This document shows, one piece after another, positions 38,765-47,727 of a DNA stretch of 64,000 bases. A program made the position numbers and the translations under genes. Location: contig JAXLTL010000001.1 in NCBI GenBank assembly GCA_046330075.1, positions 396,481-460,480 on the forward strand. Direction: 5' to 3'. How positions within the stretch are numbered: position 1 is the stretch's first letter; every line of letters begins with the position of its first letter. Below the pieces are notes generated by a model, which worked only from the letters and a program-made list of their open reading frames with translations, was not told the DNA's origin and searched no databases. The DNA comes from Bacteroidia bacterium (GTDB taxonomy: Bacteria; Bacteroidota; Bacteroidia; AKYH767-A; OLB10).

Positions 38765-40642
38765 ATGAAAAAGATCATTGGCCTGACAACCTTGATATTG
38801 TTCTCAGTTTGCTGCCGGGCTCAGCAGCCATACGTAACTTCAATTCCTTATATCAATTCCGGTTTGGTAAAGCCCGTGGTTATTACGCATTGTAATGACA
38901 GCCGTTTGTTTATTGTTGAGCAGGACGGACGCATCCGAATCATCATCAACGACACGCTCATGAGTACTCCCTTTCTGGATATTAATCCGCAGGTTCAAAG
39001 TCTGGGCACTGAGCAGGGATTGTTGGGACTTGCTTTCGATCCGGATTTTCCATCCAACGGGTATTTTTATGTGAATTACATCAATAATCAGGGCAACACT
39101 ACGCTTTCACGTTACTCAGTGGATCCGGCTGATTCCAACCAGGCGCTGGCGAACAGTGAAGTGATATTGAAAGTTATTTATCAGCCATACACAAATCACA
39201 ATGGAGGTGACATTGAGTTCGGTCCGGATGGTTATCTCTATGTTCCGCTTGGAGACGGAGGTAGCGCATATGACCCTCAAAACAGAGCACAGAATCAAAA
39301 GGAATTACTTGGTAAGATTCTTAGATTGGATGTATCGCATGGTGATCAAATCCTGATTCCGCCGGATAACCCTCATGTGAATGATACCGCCTGGCTACCC
39401 GAAATCTGGTCGCTGGGGCTGCGGAATCCCTGGAAAACTTCGTTCGACCGTTTTACGAATGACTACTGGATTGGTGATGTAGGACAGGATGTTTGGGAAG
39501 AAATTGACTATGTGAAAGACATGCCGGCGAGCGGAGCGAATTTTGGCTGGCGTTGTTACGAAGCGACGCATCCGCATATAACCACTGGTTGCCAGCCTGC
39601 AGGCTACTATACTGCTCCTGTATATGAATATCAGCATGCCCTGGGAAACTGCAGCGTAACGGGTGGCTTGGTTTACCGGGGTGCAGCGTATGGAAACCTG
39701 TTCAGACACTATCTCTTTGCGGATTTTTGTATTCCTCAATTCCGCACTTTGAAAAAGCAAAATGATACCACTTTTGCGTATCTCGCTCATAGCTCGTGGA
39801 CCGGCGCTGGGATATCAACATTTGGTGAAGATGCCGCCGGAAATGTATATGTTGGTAATTTGTATAACGGACAAATTCGTAAGATAACGGATACAACTTC
39901 CTGCGCACCCGCTGCTTTTCTGGCTGAATCAGATACTCTGATTATCTGTGCACCTTCAGGTTTGCTGCGCACTCCTGCAGGAAATAATTTCAATTATTCG
40001 TGGATGTTGAACGGGAATATCTTGCCGGATACCGGACATGTAATTCAGGTAATTCAAAATGGACTTTATGCAGTGCAGGTAACAAATCCGGTTACCGGAT
40101 GCCAGGCAGAAGATTCGGTATTCGTGATGTTGACACCCATAATTCCGGTAGTTACTGTATCAGGACTTGATACTTCGTATTGTTCATTTGATGCGCCGGT
40201 GAGTCTCACCGGTTCTCCTGCCGGAGGAGTGTTCTATGGCCAGGGTATATCTGCTAACCAGTTTTCACCGGCAATGGCAGGGGCCGGCCCTCATCTGATT
40301 CAGTATAACTATACCGGAACCAACGGATGTGTTTTTAAAGAGATTTTATCCACCGTAGTTTCTGCTTGTTCGGCGATTAACGAAAACAGCACGGTCGTTC
40401 ACCTCGAAATTTTTCCTAATCCGACGGAAGGTATCGTTTCGTTAAAGTTAAAGGGTTCGGCTGCAGTTCAGAGTTCTGTAACGTTAATGGATATCTCCGG
40501 AAGGGTCTTCGACCTGGGAACTATTGCTCTTGATCGGGGAGAAGTGACCACGATCGATATCAGTAATTTTCAGGCAGGCTTATATATCCTTACAATTAAA
40601 AATCAGCAAGGTGTTTCAACAATGAAACTATTACGGCTTTGA
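38765..40642 (+). CDS. PQQ-dependent sugar dehydrogenase (soluble glucose/sorbosone dehydrogenase family) fused to a T9SS C-terminal sorting domain
   Basis: GLLGLAFDPDF and HNGGDIEFGPDGYLYVPLGDGG motifs of the GSDH beta-propeller; an Ig-like middle region; and a Por_Secre_tail at the C-terminus (LEIFPNPTEGIVSLKL...GLYILTI). Confidence 0.8.
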   Translation: MKKIIGLTTLILFSVCCRAQQPYVTSIPYINSGLVKPVVITHCNDSRLFIVEQDGRIRIIINDTLMSTPFLDINPQVQSLGTEQGLLGLAFDPDFPSNGYFYVNYINNQGNTTLSRYSVDPADSNQALANSEVILKVIYQPYTNHNGGDIEFGPDGYLYVPLGDGGSAYDPQNRAQNQKELLGKILRLDVSHGDQILIPPDNPHVNDTAWLPEIWSLGLRNPWKTSFDRFTNDYWIGDVGQDVWEEIDYVKDMPASGANFGWRCYEATHPHITTGCQPAGYYTAPVYEYQHALGNCSVTGGLVYRGAAYGNLFRHYLFADFCIPQFRTLKKQNDTTFAYLAHSSWTGAGISTFGEDAAGNVYVGNLYNGQIRKITDTTSCAPAAFLAESDTLIICAPSGLLRTPAGNNFNYSWMLNGNILPDTGHVIQVIQNGLYAVQVTNPVTGCQAEDSVFVMLTPIIPVVTVSGLDTSYCSFDAPVSLTGSPAGGVFYGQGISANQFSPAMAGAGPHLIQYNYTGTNGCVFKEILSTVVSACSAINENSTVVHLEIFPNPTEGIVSLKLKGSAAVQSSVTLMDISGRVFDLGTIALDRGEVTTIDISNFQAGLYILTIKNQQGVSTMKLLRL

Positions 40643-41167
40643 TTTGCTCTTAGTCAGAAAGTAGAACGCAAGTGCTCCACTGACCATGCAACCTAACCAG
40701 GGGAATAGCCGAAATTCGAAATGATGCCAGACAGAATATTCCCGTACAATGTCCATCACCAGAAATATCGGCCCACTGAACACTAATTCAGGTACAGGTG
40801 GCAATCTTTTTCCTTGCTCACCGTTTTCGCTGTGGTGTTGGAGGACTGGTTTTAACTTTTTAGAAAATAAAACCGAGGTCAACAGTGTTCCGGCTATAAA
40901 CCATCTGTTGAGTGAATAGAGCGAAATCAACGTTAACCATATCCTGCTGTCAGGACCTTTCCTGAACCGGGGCCTAATTCCTGTAATGCACCAGCCGATG
41001 ACTCCGAAAACCGATATTAAACTAACAACCGAAGCGGTGATGCGAAAGATCATAGCATAATTTGCAGAATAGGTAAATACACCACAAAGCAATGTAAATA
41101 TACTGTATATCAGTATTTTGTCGCTATTGGATACGCGGACTGCCCAAGGGTTGGATGGATCAGGCAT
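40631..41167 (-). CDS. Hypothetical polytopic membrane protein
   Basis: 178 aa with about 4 predicted TM helices; no recognisable motif. Confidence 0.5.
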   Translation of the reverse strand: MPDPSNPWAVRVSNSDKILIYSIFTLLCGVFTYSANYAMIFRITASVVSLISVFGVIGWCITGIRPRFRKGPDSRIWLTLISLYSLNRWFIAGTLLTSVLFSKKLKPVLQHHSENGEQGKRLPPVPELVFSGPIFLVMDIVREYSVWHHFEFRLFPWLGCMVSGALAFYFLTKSKSKP

Positions 41168-41252
41168 TATTAACAGTTACGGTATTTCGTATTAAATTTT
41201 AACTATATTTCCGCCCGATCTACGACTAATTTCTTACTCAATCAGAGTTGAT

Positions 41253-42329
41253 ATGGCGACTGCAAAGAACAAAAAAGCAGCGGCGAATAAAAAATCTCCC
41301 GCAAAACCGGCAGCTAAAAAAGCAAAGGCCGTGAAGGCGGTAGCAAAAAAGGCAGCGAAAACTCCAGCGAAGAAGGCGGTAAAAGTATCTTCAAAAAAAT
41401 CAGCACCAGCAGCGAAAAAGTCTGCGGTAAAAAAATCGCCTGCTAAAACTGTTGCTGCCAAACCAACCAGGCCAAAGTCGTCAGGCAAGACTGTTGTTTC
41501 CAAAGCATCCAAAGCTTCACCGGTGGCTGCGAAGGCTAAGCCTGCATCAAAACAAACCGATCTTAAAACAGCGAAAAAACCGGATGTAACTTCTAAGAAG
41601 CCAGAAGTAAAAGCGAAACCGGTTGCAGAGAAGTCGTCAAAACCAGAGAAGAAAAGTGGATTTACAGCTCCTGTTACGCAGGCACCAAAGAAAGGGAAAG
41701 ATGTAAAAACGGTTGCTCCGAAACCTGAAAAACCCGGGAAACCTTCAAAATCGAAGAAAAAGGAGGATGAGGAAGATGGAGAAGAAGGTCCTGATCCATT
41801 ACATCTGAAAGCAGATAAAGTAATTAAGGAACTGGAAGAAATCATGGATCTGACCAAGATGCGTCCGCGAATTCAGGCTGGAACATCTCCTAAACAGACC
41901 ATTGTGAAACCTGCGCATCCTCCACTCAAATTAATAGAGCCTTCAAACACGCTGAAAGAGAAGTTTCAGTTAGAGTTTGAATTCCGCTCATCTCCCAAAA
42001 TTCTTTTTACCTCGCTTAGTGATTCGAGCGGATTGGCCGGGTGGTTTGCCGATGAGGTGAAAACAAAGGATGATCTGTATACTTTTATCTGGGAAGGAGG
42101 GGAGTCGTATGCCCGGTTAGTAGCAATACGCGAATTACAGCTTGTCCGTTTTCAGTGGCTCGATGATACAGATGGAACGTATTTTCAGTTTGAAATCAAA
42201 GAAGACGATATCACCTCTGACATTGCACTGGTCATTACCGATTTCGCAAATCCGGGAGAAAAGGATTCCAGCATCAAATTGTGGGAATCACAGGTTCAGA
42301 ATCTCAGAATGTTATTGGGAAGTCTCTGA
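41253..42329 (+). CDS. Two-part protein: N-terminal Lys/Ala/Pro-rich histone-H1-like low-complexity region (about 190 aa) plus a C-terminal globular domain (SRPBCC/START-like?)
   Basis: The N-terminus is KKAAANKKSPAKPAAKKAKAVKAVAKKAAK... repeats. The C-terminal roughly 150 aa is ordered (FEFRSSPKILFTSLSDSSGLAGWFADEV...). The antisense ORF 41234-41857 is an artefact. Confidence 0.65.
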   Translation: MATAKNKKAAANKKSPAKPAAKKAKAVKAVAKKAAKTPAKKAVKVSSKKSAPAAKKSAVKKSPAKTVAAKPTRPKSSGKTVVSKASKASPVAAKAKPASKQTDLKTAKKPDVTSKKPEVKAKPVAEKSSKPEKKSGFTAPVTQAPKKGKDVKTVAPKPEKPGKPSKSKKKEDEEDGEEGPDPLHLKADKVIKELEEIMDLTKMRPRIQAGTSPKQTIVKPAHPPLKLIEPSNTLKEKFQLEFEFRSSPKILFTSLSDSSGLAGWFADEVKTKDDLYTFIWEGGESYARLVAIRELQLVRFQWLDDTDGTYFQFEIKEDDITSDIALVITDFANPGEKDSSIKLWESQVQNLRMLLGSL

Positions 42330-42941
42330 TTTACCATCTCGACTGCTGCAAAGGAGTTGCGTCAGTTCAAAGAATCGTATTACATGGTCTGATAAACCGT
42401 TTAAATCTTCCAGCGGAATTCTTTTCATCAGCTTTAAAAAACCGCGTTGTCTGATTTCCCCCAGCAGTTGATGGATCTCTTGAACCGATTCGGGTTGTAC
42501 ATAATTCTCGCGCTCGAAGTGATGTACCCAGGGGTCGGTATGTATTCCGAAATAAAAACTTTCAGTAATCAGCAATTCCGCTTTGGATGCGATAGCCGGC
42601 AGGTATTGCTCCAGGTACTTCCCCGAAAGCTGTAAGGTGATGCTGATGCCTTGTGTCCACCAGCAAAATGTCCGTATGGCGAATACATCGCTTTTAGTGA
42701 AATAGCGCGGATAGTCGAGTACCAACCATGGATAACCCAGATAGTTTTCACCACGACTTACCTTGGGTACAATTGAAACCACTTCTTCCGGAAAAACGCC
42801 TGACTGTCGCTGATTTCCTGATTCCAGGGTTTGGCCGGTATTTTCCAGCAGTTGAAATAATTTTTTTTCAAGCGACCTTTTCGCCTTGAATATCTGCGGT
42901 GAATGCAGCAATTCCTTCTCTTCTTCCGACAATATATCCAT
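42312..42941 (-). CDS. Hypothetical protein
   Basis: 209-aa ORF; no motif recognised. Confidence 0.5.
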   Translation of the reverse strand: MDILSEEEKELLHSPQIFKAKRSLEKKLFQLLENTGQTLESGNQRQSGVFPEEVVSIVPKVSRGENYLGYPWLVLDYPRYFTKSDVFAIRTFCWWTQGISITLQLSGKYLEQYLPAIASKAELLITESFYFGIHTDPWVHHFERENYVQPESVQEIHQLLGEIRQRGFLKLMKRIPLEDLNGLSDHVIRFFELTQLLCSSRDGKSETSQ

Positions 42942-42996
42942 ACTACTTTACGCTATTCTCCAAACTTAGGGTATTTTTGCATTTCATATTGAAGAA

Positions 42997-44424
42997 GTGA
43001 AAAAACTGCATGCACTGGTATTGAAGTCGTTCATTGGTCCGTTTTTACTGACCTTCTTCATCGCATTGTTCGTTTTGCTGATGCAGTTTTTGTGGAAATA
43101 TATCGATGACCTGGTCGGTAAAGGGTTAGATGGGTCGGTGATCGCCGAATTACTCTTTTATACCTCTGCTACCTTGGTCCCGATGGCACTTCCGCTCGCC
43201 ATCCTGGTATCTTCCATCATGACCTTTGGCAATCTGGCAGAACATTTTGAACTGACAGCGGCCAAAGCATCCGGAATTTCATTGCAGAGGATTATGTTAC
43301 CCTTATTGGTCACTGCGGTGCTGATCTCATCGCTGGCCTTTTTCTTTTCTAATAACGTACTTCCCTATACCAATCTGAAGATGGGCTCGCTGCTGTATGA
43401 TATCCGGCAGCAGAAGCCGGCATTGTCTATCCGCGAAGGCGTCTTTTACAATGGAATAGATGGGTATAGCATCAAAGTCGGAGATAAAGACAAAGACGGT
43501 AAAACCATTTATAAAGTCATGATCTATGACCATACCGGTGGCATGGGTAACCGGAAAGTGGTGATGGCCGATAAGGGGACGATGGAGTCAACACCTGATC
43601 AGAAATACCTCGTGCTGACTCTTTACAATGGTAACAGTTATGAAGAGCAAAGCAAGAACCGCAATGGTGGTGATTCACATCCCCTGATGCGTAATTCTTT
43701 TAAGGAATATGTGATCCGTTTTGATTTGTCGCAGTTTAAACTCACCCGTACCAATGAAGACCTTTTCAAAGGAAATCACCAGATGTTAAACCTGACACAG
43801 CTTAACCTTATGGTGGATAGTATGAATATTGAAACGATCCGAAAGCAGAATATGATGGTTGCCAATATGCGACCTTATTTTCTGTTCTTGCGATCGTCGC
43901 TGGATTTTGACCGTCAGCTGAAATCATCTTCCTCCATCAGTATACATGACAGTATTCTCCCGGCTTCCTATCCGGTTCAATATGATAATGCTTTGAATCA
44001 GGCAAGAGGAATGCAATCTTATTTGACAAATCAGGCCGATGAAAGAGAAACGCGCCAATATCACCTGGCCAAGTTTAAGGTGGAGTGGCATCGTAAACTG
44101 ACCCTTTCAGCAGCCTGTTTTATTCTTTTTCTCATCGGGGCCCCATTGGGAGCGATTATCCGCAAAGGCGGACTGGGCATGCCGTTAGTGGTGTCTATTT
44201 TGTTTTTCCTCGCCTACCATGTTACCAGTATTACCGGCGAAAAATTCGCCAAGGAAAGTATTATCCCGGCCTGGAGGGGAATGTGGTTATCTTCTGCGAT
44301 TTTGCTGCCCATTGGAGTTTTTCTTATTTATAAAGCAACGCATGATTCCGTTATTTTTGACAGGGAAGCCTACATAGCTTTCTTTAAAAAATTAGTTAAA
44401 CCATTCAATAAATCAGACAGGTGA
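42997..44424 (+). CDS. LPS export ABC transporter permease, LptF/LptG (YjgP/YjgQ) family
   Basis: N-terminal 3 TM helices, a periplasmic beta-jellyroll region, and C-terminal 3 TM helices; 475 aa. Confidence 0.8.
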   Translation: MKKLHALVLKSFIGPFLLTFFIALFVLLMQFLWKYIDDLVGKGLDGSVIAELLFYTSATLVPMALPLAILVSSIMTFGNLAEHFELTAAKASGISLQRIMLPLLVTAVLISSLAFFFSNNVLPYTNLKMGSLLYDIRQQKPALSIREGVFYNGIDGYSIKVGDKDKDGKTIYKVMIYDHTGGMGNRKVVMADKGTMESTPDQKYLVLTLYNGNSYEEQSKNRNGGDSHPLMRNSFKEYVIRFDLSQFKLTRTNEDLFKGNHQMLNLTQLNLMVDSMNIETIRKQNMMVANMRPYFLFLRSSLDFDRQLKSSSSISIHDSILPASYPVQYDNALNQARGMQSYLTNQADERETRQYHLAKFKVEWHRKLTLSAACFILFLIGAPLGAIIRKGGLGMPLVVSILFFLAYHVTSITGEKFAKESIIPAWRGMWLSSAILLPIGVFLIYKATHDSVIFDREAYIAFFKKLVKPFNKSDR

Positions 44425-45626
44425 GGATTCTTCAATTATGCATCCGGGTTCCATACCCTCCCGTAGATGGGGGAAGTATCGCCATGTACAATCTTCAGAA
44501 ATCCCTGCATCACAATGGTGCCGTTCTGAAGGTGCTTTCATTCAATACCATCAAGCAGCTGGCTGACATCAATAGTCTGGATCAGGACTACCGCGAAATG
44601 ACGCGAATTGAAGGGATTTATCTTGATAACCGGATCAAGCCGTTTGCAGCACTGTTCAACATTTTTACTGGGGAATCTTATCACATTATCCGTTTTATAA
44701 GGCGCGATTTTGAGGAAGCACTTGTCCGTATTCTGAAGGAAGAATCCTTCGATATCATTCAACTGGAAAGCCTCTATATGATTCCCTACATGGAGGCAAT
44801 ACGTAAGCATTCCAAGGCCAAAGTTGTGCTGCGCACACACAATATTGAACACCTGATCTGGCAGCGCCTTGCGGATGCCTGCCGGAATCCTGTGCGTCGC
44901 TGGTATCTGAACCTACTTTCAGAGCGCCTGCGGCATTATGAACAATGGTCATTGAACCGCGTAGATGCCATCGCCGCCATGACTCCGGAAGATGATAAGA
45001 CGTTGAAGGAGCTGGGTGCCGAAGTTCCTACCTGCATTGCACCGGTGGGGGTGAATATGGATGATTACATTGTGCATAGCCAACCCGACACCAAAGTGGT
45101 TTTTCACATTGGAGCGATGGACTGGATGCCCAATCAGGAAGGGATACATTGGTTCCTGAATGAGGTTTGGCCAAAAGTGCTGACCAAAGTGCCGGATGGA
45201 CGACTCAGACTTGCCGGTAAGAAAATGCCCGATTACATCAAAGCTTACGCCTCTTCTTCAGTAGAGGTAAATGATTTTGTGGAAGATGGTAAAGGTTTCA
45301 TTGGTCAAGGTGGAATCATGATTGTTCCGTTGTTCAGCGGAAGCGGCATGCGCGTAAAGATTGTAGAAGGAATGGCAATGGGTAAGGCCATTCTCAGTAC
45401 TTCCATCGGCGCAGAAGGAATCGGAGGGAAGGAAGGTCAGGAATACCTGATCGCCAACGATGCGAATACCTTTACCGAAAAAGTCATCTACCTCCTGACG
45501 CATCCGGAAGTTCAACATGAACTGGGCCGTAATGCCAGAAAGTATGCGGAGAACACTTTCGGTAACAATGCGATTGGTGCCCGTTTGATTGCATTTTATG
45601 AATATCTTCAAACTGTTGAAGATTAA
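44421..45626 (+). CDS. Glycosyltransferase family 4 (GT-B fold)
   Basis: C-terminal GT1/GT4 nucleotide-sugar binding region with an E-x7-E-like motif (VEGMAMGKAILSTSIGAEGI); overlaps the lptF/G stop by 4 bp. Confidence 0.75.
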   Translation: MRILQLCIRVPYPPVDGGSIAMYNLQKSLHHNGAVLKVLSFNTIKQLADINSLDQDYREMTRIEGIYLDNRIKPFAALFNIFTGESYHIIRFIRRDFEEALVRILKEESFDIIQLESLYMIPYMEAIRKHSKAKVVLRTHNIEHLIWQRLADACRNPVRRWYLNLLSERLRHYEQWSLNRVDAIAAMTPEDDKTLKELGAEVPTCIAPVGVNMDDYIVHSQPDTKVVFHIGAMDWMPNQEGIHWFLNEVWPKVLTKVPDGRLRLAGKKMPDYIKAYASSSVEVNDFVEDGKGFIGQGGIMIVPLFSGSGMRVKIVEGMAMGKAILSTSIGAEGIGGKEGQEYLIANDANTFTEKVIYLLTHPEVQHELGRNARKYAENTFGNNAIGARLIAFYEYLQTVED

Positions 45627-45827
45627 TTATTTAGTTTGATTTTCAGGGAAGGAATGCCTTGTCGCATTAAACGTCTCAATTGACTTTGTATTTAGCTGAT
45701 TAACAAGTTAATATATAATACGCCGGAGATTTGAACAGCTGGTTGTTACATTTTTGAAGTTTTACGTGTTTTCGATTGATTTTTTACGTAATATTGCAGC
45801 CCCAATTTCCGGGTAATACGAACAATC

Positions 45828-46190
45828 ATGGACTTACTTAAAGTAGCTCAAGAGCAGCTCATCGAAAAGAAACAGTGGCCTGAATTCAAGTCTGGCGATA
45901 CCATTACTGTTTACTATAAAATTATTGAAGGTAACAAGGAGCGTGAACAGCAGTTCCAGGGTGTAGTATTACAACGCCGAGGTGCTGGTCTTACCGAGAC
46001 GTTTACCATTCGCAAAATTTCCGGTGGTGTAGGCGTTGAGCGTATCTTCCCGATCAACAGCCCTAAGCTGACCCGTATCGATGTAAATAAGCGCGGTAAA
46101 GTACGTCGTGCACGTATTTTCTACCTCCGCGATATGATAGGCAAAAATGCCCGCATCGAAGAGAAAAAAGTGAATACTGCGAAAGCCTGA
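45828..46190 (+). CDS. rplS: 50S ribosomal protein L19
   Basis: Begins [15 protein letters not shown]...[44 protein letters not shown]. Confidence 0.95.
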   Translation: MDLLKVAQEQLIEKKQWPEFKSGDTITVYYKIIEGNKEREQQFQGVVLQRRGAGLTETFTIRKISGGVGVERIFPINSPKLTRIDVNKRGKVRRARIFYLRDMIGKNARIEEKKVNTAKA

Positions 46191-46210
46191 TTTCGCTTGA
46201 ATATCCCAAG

Positions 46211-46243
46211 AGGCCATCGGATTCCGGTGGCCTTTTTATTTTA
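46211..46243 (+). terminator. Rho-independent terminator of rplS
   Basis: aggccatcgg-attc-cggtggcct followed by ttttatttt. Confidence 0.7.
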
Positions 46244-46333
46244 TCCGCCGGTAAATAGTTTTTAAAACCGGAATGGTGAATAAAGCCCCGTTTGTTCATG
46301 TGAACCTAACCGTGAAAAGCCTAACTTAGAATC

Positions 46334-46864
46334 GTGGAATTGGAAAAGCGTGTTTTTCGTATTTTTCTTTGCTGTTGTCTGTTCATTGCCGTGAACGGGA
46401 ATGCTCAGCATATTATCATCACACAGGTGTACAGGGCGAATGCAGATAGTGATGCAGTGTATTCGGTATCTATCCGCAATTCAAGCAACGACAGTATCAT
46501 GGTGTTACATACACAGGAAGCAAATCTTCCTCCTTTTTTGAATAACTATAAATATGTTCAGGGTGGTGAAAACGGCGCTATCATCACCTTGCATTTCGGA
46601 AAAAGTAATAACCCACTGTTACCGGAGAAATACCGTGCTACAAAGACATTGCCTCCTAAAGGTCAACTGGAATTGTATTTCACTTTACCTGCAACATTTA
46701 ATGATAAGCCCAAGCAGCTTGTTCTGACTTATTCCATGCTTACAGAAAAGTTTTATCCCGATTTTCTTAAACTCGAGAAAACCGGCACCAACGCCGCCAC
46801 CAAAAAGTGCAAGGCACTGAAGGAAAAACATGGAAGAGTGTTTTATAAGAAGGTGATGTTTTAA
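46334..46864 (+). CDS. Hypothetical secreted protein
   Basis: Signal peptide (CCCLFIAVNGNAQ); 176 aa; no recognisable domain. Confidence 0.5.
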   Translation: MELEKRVFRIFLCCCLFIAVNGNAQHIIITQVYRANADSDAVYSVSIRNSSNDSIMVLHTQEANLPPFLNNYKYVQGGENGAIITLHFGKSNNPLLPEKYRATKTLPPKGQLELYFTLPATFNDKPKQLVLTYSMLTEKFYPDFLKLEKTGTNAATKKCKALKEKHGRVFYKKVMF

Positions 46865-46868
46865 CCGA

Positions 46869-46990
46869 GGGCCTTTTAACATAAACCCTAAACTCAGGCT
46901 TCAGGCCTCAGGCTTCAAGCCTCAAAACTCTAAACTGTCAACTGAAAACTGTCAACCTATAACCTATAACCTATAACCTATAACCTATAA
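46869..46990. repeat. Microsatellite block: ctcaggcttcaggcctcaggcttcaagcctca, (aaactgtcaac)x2, (cctataa)x5
   Basis: Tandem short repeats read directly from the sequence. Confidence 0.85.
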
Positions 46991-47022
46991 CTTTATACTT
47001 CATCATTGTAATAGTGGGAGTA

Positions 47023-47360
47023 AATTTCCCTCGGTTCCCAGAGTTGCAAATCCAATGAAAAAACGCTTCGCGTTTCATTTCTTTTTTCTGGCTTGTGCTC
47101 TCATACAAGTTTGGATCACTTGTCAGAAAAAAGAAAAGGCTTCCGTTGGAAGCCTTTTTCATTGGATTTACCCGTGGTCCCAGAGGGATTGAATTTCCCT
47201 CGGTTCCCAGAGTTGCAAATCCAATGAAAAAACGCTTCGCGTTTCAATTCTTTTTTCTGGCTTGTGCTCTCAAACAAGTTTGGATCACTTGCCAGAAAAA
47301 AGAAAAGGCTTCCGTTGGAAGCCTTTTTCATTGGATTTACCCGTGGTCCCAGAGGGATTC
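47023..47360. repeat. Two tandem 169-bp units (47023-47191, 47192-47360); each contains two terminator-like hairpins and ends with a copy of the last 16 nt of tRNA-Arg plus its 3' flank
   Basis: The units are more than 95% identical. The motif tggtcccagagggatt (reverse complement of the tRNA 3' end) occurs at 47175 and 47344. Hairpins: aaaaggcttccgttggaagcctttt and aacgcttcgcgtt. The + and - ORFs across this region are repeat artefacts. Confidence 0.85.
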
Positions 47361-47417
47361 AAACCCCCAACCTTCTGATCCGTAGTCAGATGCTCTATTC
47401 AGTTAAGCTATGGAACC
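47344..47417 (-). tRNA. tRNA-Arg (anticodon ACG), 74 nt, no encoded CCA
   Basis: Manually folded. Acceptor GGTTCCA/TGGGACC; D-stem GCTT/GAGC; anticodon stem TCTGA/TCAGA with loop CTACGGA (U33, anticodon ACG, G37); T-stem GGGGG/CCCTC with loop TTTGAAT; discriminator A. Confidence 0.85.
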
Positions 47418-47727
47418 ATTCCCGTTTTCGGGACGGCAAAAATAGTGGAATTATCTCATAGAGCAAAAAAAATGATTTTACTTTTTCAGGTAATTCAAAA
47501 AGTGATTGTATCTTATTGATAATAAATATATTGAAAAGTTGGTGAAAGACTTGCGAGATGCGTTTAAATGCGATTTTTCTTTATTGACCACCTGAGTCAT
47601 AACCATGGAAACATTGGGTTGAAAAGAATTCCTATGGGTTCATCGTTGATAGCATTTCAGGATGTTGGAGTTACCTGGTTGTAACGTAGTATTTCAACCC
47701 TTATCTTTACTTTCCCAAAACAATGTA

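Noticed and set aside
41234-41857. Minus-strand 207-aa ORF (FFAA/GFAG-rich)
   Set aside because: It is antisense to the Lys/Ala-rich region of 41253-42329, so a repeat-driven artefact.
47095-47461. ORFs 47095-47385 (+), 47264-47461 (+), 47116-47331 (-), 46971-47162 (-)
   Set aside because: They span the 169-bp tandem repeats and the tRNA-Arg gene. The peptides are duplicated low-complexity sequence (KKKRLPLEAFFIGFTRGPRG) created by the repeat, not genes.
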